A stretch of 64,000 nt of DNA, taken from assembly GCA_012295275.1 (NCBI GenBank), contig CM022679.1, forward strand, positions 620,001-684,000, read 5' to 3'. A program made the position numbers and the translations under genes. This DNA is from Chrysomallon squamiferum. Its lineage: Eukaryota; Animalia; Mollusca. Below are positions 56,892 through 64,000 of this stretch, in pieces. The first letter of the stretch is position 1. Every line of letters starts with the position of its first letter. The notes under the pieces were generated by a model. The model ran no database searches, was not told the origin of the DNA, and worked only from the letters and a program-made list of their open reading frames with translations.

Positions 56892-59800
56892 ATGTCTTGT
56901 ACTGACAACTCGTTTAACTTCAGTGCTAAAGCATACGTAGGCAGCATCAAACACGTTCCTCTGTGGGAAATCGCTGCCAAGGCTTCTGCTGTCGTCGCCG
57001 TTGAAATGATGGCGTGCATCGGTAACCTGCTTATCATCGCCATCGTGTGGCAGTCGAAGAAGATGAGGACGACCACCAACTACTACATCGTCAGTCTGGC
57101 TGTCTCGGATCTGATGGTTGCTCTCGGTCCTATGTGGATCTTTCTTGCAGACGACTTTACGGACGGATGGGTGCTCGGACCTTTTCTCTGCAAATGTAAC
57201 GCGTTTGTCCAAGGTGAGTTCATTGGTCTGTAATGACTCACAAACGTCTCAGAGGTATGAAAGAATGTAACGCGTTTGTCCAAGGTGAGTTCATTGGTCT
57301 GTAATGACTCACAAACGTCTCAGAGGTATGAAAGAATGTAACGCGTTTGTCCAAGGTGAGTTTTTCTGTAATGACTCACAAACGTCTCAGAGGTATGAAA
57401 GAATGTAACGCGTTTGTCCAAGGTGAGTTCATTGGTCTGTAATGACTCACAAACGTCTCAGAGGTATGAAAGAATGTAACGCGTTTGTCCAAGGTGAGTT
57501 CATTGGTCTGTAATGACTCACAAACGTCTCAGAGGTATGAAAGAATGTAACGCGTTTGTCCAAGGTGAGTTCATTGGTCTGTAATGACTCACAAACGTCT
57601 CAGAGGTATGAAAGAATGTAACGCGTTTGTCCAAGGTGAGTTCATTGGTCTGTAATGACTCACAAACGTCTCAGAGGTATGAAAGAATGTAACGCGTTTG
57701 TCCAAGGTGAGTTCATTGGTCTGTAATTCACAAACGTCTCAGAGGTATGAAAGAATGTAACGCGTTTGTCCAAGGTGAGTTCATTGGTCTGTAATGACTC
57801 ACAAAAGTCTCAGAGGTATGAAAGAATGTAACGCGTTTGTCCAAGGTGAGTTCATTGGTCTGTAATGACTTGTAAACGTCTCAGAGGTATGAAAGAATGT
57901 AACGCGTTTGTCCAAGGTGAGTTTACTTGTCTGTAATGACTCACAAACGTCTCAGAGGTAAGAAAGAATGTAACGCGTTTGTCCAAGGTGAGTTTACTTG
58001 TCTGTAATGACTTGTAAACGTCTCAGAGGTATGAAAGAAAACGCGTTTGTCTAATGACTTGTAAACGTCTCAGAGGTATGAAAGAATGTAACGCGTTTGT
58101 CCAAGGTGAGTTTACTTGTCTGTAATGACTTGTAAACGTCTCAGAGGTATGAAAGAATGTAACGCGTTTGTCCAAGGTGAGTTTACTTGTCTGTAATGAC
58201 TCACAAACGTCTCAGAGGTAAGAAAGAATGTAACGCGTTTGTCCAAGGTGAGTTTACTTGTCTGTAATGACTTGTAAACGTCTCAGAGGTATGAAAGAAT
58301 GTAACGCGTTTGTCCAAGGTGAGTTCATTGGTCTGTAATGACTCACAAACGTCTCAGAGGTATGAAAGAATGTAACGCGTTTGTCCAAGGTGAGTTCATT
58401 GGTCTGTAATGACTCACAAACGTCTCAGAGGTAAGAAAGAATGTAACGCGTTTGTCCAAGGTGAGTTCATTGGTCTGTAATGACTCACAAACGTCTCAGA
58501 GGTATGAAAGAATGTAAAACTTGTCTGCAATGACTCACAAACGTCTCAGAGGTATGAAAGAATGTAACGCGTTTGTCCAAGGTGAGTTCACTTGTCTGTA
58601 ATGACTTGAAAACGTCTCAGAGGTATGAAAGATAGCGTAGGTCAAACTTCATCGAATACTCTTTGGCTTGTTTGTAACGGCTGGTTAGCCAAAAGACCTG
58701 ACCGAAAGAAACAACAACAACAACAACAACAACAAAAACAACAGCAAATACAACCAAAAACCCCTATTAAACTAGCTTGTTTTTCTGAATCACCTGTTTT
58801 TCCTTTCAGTGATGGCAATGTGCGCCAGCGTCTTCACTTTGATGGCGATCGCCGGGGACAGATTCTTCGCCATCATCTTTCCACTGAGGTCACGTGTCAC
58901 CCAGCGAAGAGTCGGCGTAGTCATCTCCATCATCTCACTCTCCGCCGGCTCCATCGCCACGCCGACGTTGTTCGTGTACACGTACAGGGAGCGGCCGTGG
59001 AAGAACTACGTGGAGAGGTTCTGTACCGACGTCTGGCCCGTCGTCAAAACTGCCACGTCATGTGACTTCGGTCTGACGTCAAAACGCGCCTACTGGAGCC
59101 TGGTGGTCGTCGTACTAAACTGGGTCCCGATGATTGTGATGATTGTCCTGTACACCGTCATCATCATCAAGTTACGCTTCAACAGAATTTTACCCAGCAG
59201 TGGCGCCCTCTCCATGACCGCCTTACAGCAAAGGTCAAAGACTAAAGTGAGTTATCGTCCTTGTTTTTCTCCTATCAAAGACTAAAGTGAGTTTTATCCG
59301 TGTTTCTTGTTTTTCTCCTTCTATCAAAGACTAAAGTGAGTTATCGTCCTTGTTTCTCACTTCTTCTTTTTTTCCTTCTATCAAAGACTAAAGTGAGTTA
59401 TCTTCCTTGTTTCTAACTTCTTGTTTTTCTCCTTCTATCGATTTTTTTTTCTCTCTATGTTTTTATATCCACACCCTCTCTGTAAATAGTTTTAACAACA
59501 ATCTTATAACTGTGTTTGTATTTAACAGACTGTTCTTATAATTGACAAGCTGTTGTTGTATTTAACAGACTGTTGTTATATTTAACAGACTGTTGTTATA
59601 TTTAACAGACTGTTCTTATAATTAACAAGCTGGTGTTGTATTTAACAGACTGTTGTTGTATTCACAGGTTGTCAAAATGTTTTTCTCCGTGCTGATCGTG
59701 TTTATAGTTTGCACGGTTCCATTCCAAGTGTCCAAGTTGTTTGAACTCTACAGAGAAAACAGAGGAAAGGTAATTTAAACTTGCTAGATTTTCTCTTTTC

Positions 59801-61279
59801 TTGCAACAACTTTAAAAAAATCAAAATAATATTAATTAAAAAAAATCCCCCTCCCACCAAAAAAACCACAACAAAAAACAAACCAATACCCATAATAACA
59901 ATAACAAACACTAAAAATACCAACCCCTAATAAAAATAGAAAATAAAAATAAAAAAAAAAAAATAAAGAAAGAAAACAAAAAACAAAACACAAACATTAA
60001 AAAGCGAAAACAAAAACAAAACAACAGTAATAACCATAACAAGAAGAAATACACAAAAATTATACAAAATAACACTAATAAAAAACAAACAACAATAACA
60101 AAAAGAAAGAAAGAAAGAAAGAAAGAACGAAAGAAAAAAAAATAATAAAAAAGAAAAAGAAAACACACAACAAACAAATAAAGGAAAACGACATATATAA
60201 TATATAAAATTTTAAAGTTGTGATGAAACTTCACGTATTCTTTTATATGTAAACATGAAATACAAATACACAAATAAATAAAAATAAACAAATAAATAAA
60301 TAAACAAATAATGGAATAAACAAATAAATAAAATAAATAAATAAATAAATAAATAAAAAAAATTTAAAACATTGAAAAATAAGACGATTTTCAGTGTCTA
60401 TAATATAACACCAGAAAGTTTCCTTTTTGCATGTACCGGCTGCTATTTAGTAATAAAATGAAAATAAAAACGCTTTACAGAGCAAGTCTAGTGCAAACCT
60501 CATCGAAGTCCCCCTCCTGACAGTGATGTTTCATTAATCCTAAACTTACATTGGAGGATTAACATTTAGAAAAGTTTAGTTATCTGTGAATTACATTTCA
60601 TTTGTACTTTGTTTAATTCGAAAATCACCTGTTTCACAAATAAATTAAGAAAATAATCTTTTATTTCCTAACAGCTGATCATTATCATTGTTCACATATT
60701 TGTGAATGTAGCTAAAATAGTTTCTACAATTTTGACGCCTCAGGCTTTGATGTGTCTCTGATGTCTTGGTACTTGAGTTTCAAAAGTAAGTTACACGGTT
60801 TGCACGGATAAGTTAAATTCTTGACATACGTAATAATAAATAACCACTGATGATTTGTTGTGATTAGAGCAGTCTATTTCATTCTGTCTTTCAGTTATTC
60901 ATTCACTCAGTCATTCTCTGATCAGTTTGCTGGTAATCTTGATTTTCTTTCACTCTGGCATTATGTCCAGTCATTAACAATTCATTAATCAGTGTTTAGC
61001 CAGTCAGTGTTTTTGTTTCAGCTGCCAAGTTGGTACGGGCCAGTGTATTTCTCCGCCATCATGCTCATGTACACCAACAGCGCCATCAACCCCGTCCTGT
61101 ACGGAGGTCTCAACGAGAACTTCAGAAACGGATACCGCGACCTCATCAACAGAATCCTAAAAAGGAAGTCGACCCGTGAACTTGCCTTCATGAACGCCAT
61201 GTCAACGAGGTCAAGGCCAAGCATCGTGGAAGACCTCAGCGCCAAACGGGTGTCTGACAATTTGACGTCACACGATTAA
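56892..61279 (+). CDS. Rhodopsin-family (class A) neuropeptide-type GPCR, 372 aa; ligand not assignable
   Basis: Exons 56892-57213, 58810-59246, 59668-59769 and 61022-61279 total 1119 nt in frame. GN (TM1), MRTTTNYYIVSLAVSDL (TM2), W.LG.FLCK, DRF (TM3), ECL2 Cys, VVKMF..CTVP (TM6), NSAINPVLYGGLNENFR (TM7/helix 8). Confidence 0.93.
57193..58631 (+). repeat. Minisatellite, 71-bp unit, about 21 copies, built from the GPCR exon-1 end plus its 5' splice site
   Basis: Unit AATGTAACGCGTTTGTCCAAG|GTGAGTTCATTGGTCTGTAATGACTCACAAACGTCTCAGAGGTATGAAAG. The first copy starts 21 nt inside the exon. About 19 copies keep CAAG|GTGAGT, and two are internally deleted. Confidence 0.95.
59235..59440 (+). repeat. 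Four diverging copies of the GPCR exon-2 end plus donor
   Basis: TCAAAGACTAAA|GTGAGTT at about 59235, 59275, 59324 and 59381, each followed by a related pyrimidine tract. Confidence 0.9.
59512..59667 (+). repeat. 20-bp tandem repeat, about 8 units, ending at the GPCR exon-3 acceptor
   Basis: TTTAACAGACTGTTGTTATA-like units every 20 nt from 59521; the last unit (TTCACAG|GTT) is the real acceptor. Confidence 0.85.
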
Positions 61280-62777
61280 AACAACGTGGGCCACTGCCGC
61301 GACACCAACGTGACGTTGCAGTGAACTCTAAAATGTTGTTCTTTATATGGTTTCTCAAATAGATGTTAATCGAAGAAAAGAGATGATTTTTATTTTAAAT
61401 ATTTTAGATATATTGAGAGAAAAGCTAGTTGAGAATAATTTTATAAATTTATTTCTTGTATCTTGTAAATTATTTGTAACAATAAAGTGGTTAGAGTAAT
61501 AAAATCGTGTTTGAACATATTTACAATCTGTATTCACACCCATCACACCAGTACCCACAGCAAACATGAATCTTCGTGACCCGGCATCGCAATAGCAAAC
61601 ATCACAAGATATATCGAGTTTATGTGGATAAAACGTATTGTGCACGTCATTAAACTCACAACGAAAACACGACAATGTTTAACACACATCCACTCTTCCT
61701 TGCATTTCATACATCATGTCTGACACAGTGGGAGAACCTATTGCACTCCGTTACATTTTAAAAGGGTAAAAGTAAATAAGTAAGTAAATAAATAAATAAA
61801 TAAAACATGTTAAAAAAAATATATATATATAAAAATTAAAATTTCGAATTAAATCATAATACTTTTACTTGCATTTTTCAAAGTACCATGACTTAGTTCA
61901 ATACAGATAAATAAATAAATATAGGAACAAACAAATAAGCAAACAACTAACAAACAAACTAACTAACTAACTAACTGAATAAATAAATAAATAATAGTAA
62001 TACATTTACGAATATTTCGAGTGTCGTACACGTATAAAACTTGCAAAAAATGTTAGGAAACAAAAGTAAAAATTATATCAATTATTCCTCACCAGTAATA
62101 ATAACTACATAACTAAATATTTCAAATACATTATATGATTTAATAGTGTCAGTAGTTTTATATTGTGTGTTGTTATAAAAATTAATAGTTGTTCATATTA
62201 TGTTATGTTTCTTTGACGTTTCAGTGTGATTAATAGAAGACCGGGTAAAGGGAGGTAACTGCAGAAAACAAAGTAATGTTTAGCAGCACGAAATAGTTTT
62301 ACTGAACTGAATATTGAAATGTTTTAAAATAGACAGTCACGTAAAAAGGTTAAATTACAAATTTTCTACTCATTTCAAGTTATTTTTATTGTCAGTGTGT
62401 GGTATGAACAATAAACTGTATAAACTTGAAAATAAATCTTCAGGGACACATTTAATTATTATCCCTACAGCTATTTGTTAATTATACATCATTACGTTTT
62501 TAAGTCACGGATTCATTTATTAATAGACTCGACATATTACTTTCTTTTAATTTTTTTTTTTAAATTTCGATAAGGAATATTAAACATTATTTCATAATTA
62601 CATGGAAAAAAAAAAGAAGAGAAAAAGAGATTTTAATTTCATTTCTAAACAGTAAAAGTCATTAACTGTACTTTGAATTCAAATGTGCTGTTTCGATTAC
62701 ACAGCAAAAATGATGAAAGTAAAGAATGGCATGCTTCGTAAAAAGTACTGAATATCCCTAGATAATCAGCAATCATT

Positions 62778-62998
62778 TTATTATTATTGTTATTATTATT
62801 ATTATTATTATGATTGTGATTATTATTATTATAATTATGAGTATGATTATTATTATTATTATTATTATTGTTATTATGATTATGATTATTATTATGATTA
62901 TTATTATGATTATTATGATGATTATTATTATTATGATTATTATAATTATGATTATTATGATTATTATTATTATTATTATGATTATTATTATGATTATG

Positions 62999-63031
<33 letters not shown>

Positions 63032-63138
63032 TGACGTTGTCTCGTTGCCTTTTTGTCTGGGTTCTGTCTAACATCAAGAATTTCGTCGATGCGGTTTTGC
63101 GGTTGCGAAAACATGTGTGACGTGTTTCCCCAACCACA

Positions 63139-63230
<92 letters not shown>
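62778..63230. repeat. (ATT/ATG)n and (AAC)n(AAT)n microsatellites flanking a short unique spacer
   Basis: Runs at about 62778-63030 and 63140-63230. Confidence 0.9.
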
Positions 63231-63231
<1 letters not shown>

Positions 63232-63889
63232 CGAGGATAACAAATCTCCAGGGTCATTTTAATCACTGGTAACAGAAATAACAAAACATGAACATCATCG
63301 CTAGCACATTCTCCTAAAAGAGACAGAATAAACTCAAGTTATTACTGTAAGAAAACAAATCATTTACACTTGCGAGCTGTCAAAGTTTCTGCACGATTTC
63401 ATCTTTCTGTTATTATTTGTCGTATTTTATTTACTTATTTATTTATTCTTATTTTTATTTTTACTACCACTGTTTAATATATCTATTCATTTTTCTCATT
63501 TATTTTCTTCTTGTTTACGCTAAATATGGCGATGTTTTATTTGTTTTTATTACACTGACATTACTTTCGGTTAAACTGCAATCGATAATGATTTTTCATT
63601 ACCAAATACCGCCTGTTTCCGTTCTTTTTGTTATGGTTAAACATTTAATATTTCAAACTGGCACGTGATTATTTAATTCTTGTCCAGCTGTTGCATATTA
63701 ACTCTTTCGAATTACTCAACCGAATAACAGAGCTTCGTAATCATATTTCTATTTATATTACTACTACTACTACTAATATATATATATATATGTATGTATG
63801 TATGTATGTGTACGTGTGTGTGTGTGTGAAAAAATATTAAACATGACTGAAATTATATCCGGCTTTCAATTTCTTTTGTAATTTCATTA

Positions 63890-63906
63890 TTTATTATTAT
63901 TATTAC

Positions 63907-64000
<94 letters not shown>
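63890..64000. repeat. (TTA)n microsatellite running to the window end
   Basis: Near-pure trinucleotide run. Confidence 0.95.

Noticed and set aside
57193-58631. Regular repeat arrays (here and 14476-15565) resembling CRISPR
   Set aside because: Units are contiguous with no unique spacers, there are no cas genes, and the context is a eukaryotic intron.

Overview
Very AT-rich, intron-rich animal genomic DNA; a mollusc or other lophotrochozoan is likely, but that is inference. I reconstructed eight protein-coding genes exon by exon from GT-AG boundaries and reading phase: the 3' part of a C2H2 zinc-finger gene (+), Rho GDP-dissociation inhibitor (-), adrenodoxin reductase FDXR (+), a SUN1/2-like nuclear-envelope protein (+), meiotic recombinase DMC1 (-), SNU13/NHP2L1 (+), a secreted VWA-Thr-rich-VWA protein (-) and a class A peptide-type GPCR (+). 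RhoGDI/FDXR and DMC1/SNU13 are head-to-head pairs. The most unusual signal is that many complex tandem repeats are anchored on splice junctions: about 38 copies of an FDXR donor, about 21 copies of a GPCR exon-end/donor unit that folds into hairpins, and at least five smaller junction duplications. Also noted: a frameshifting 64-bp exonic duplication in FDXR, an apparent 1-bp frameshift in SUN, a U12-type intron in DMC1, probable deep synteny with the human 17q25/22q13 paralogon, and a CpG-depletion boundary near 48.9 kb. Most short ORFs in the supplied track are microsatellite or antisense artefacts. Coordinates were counted by hand and may be off by a base or two.
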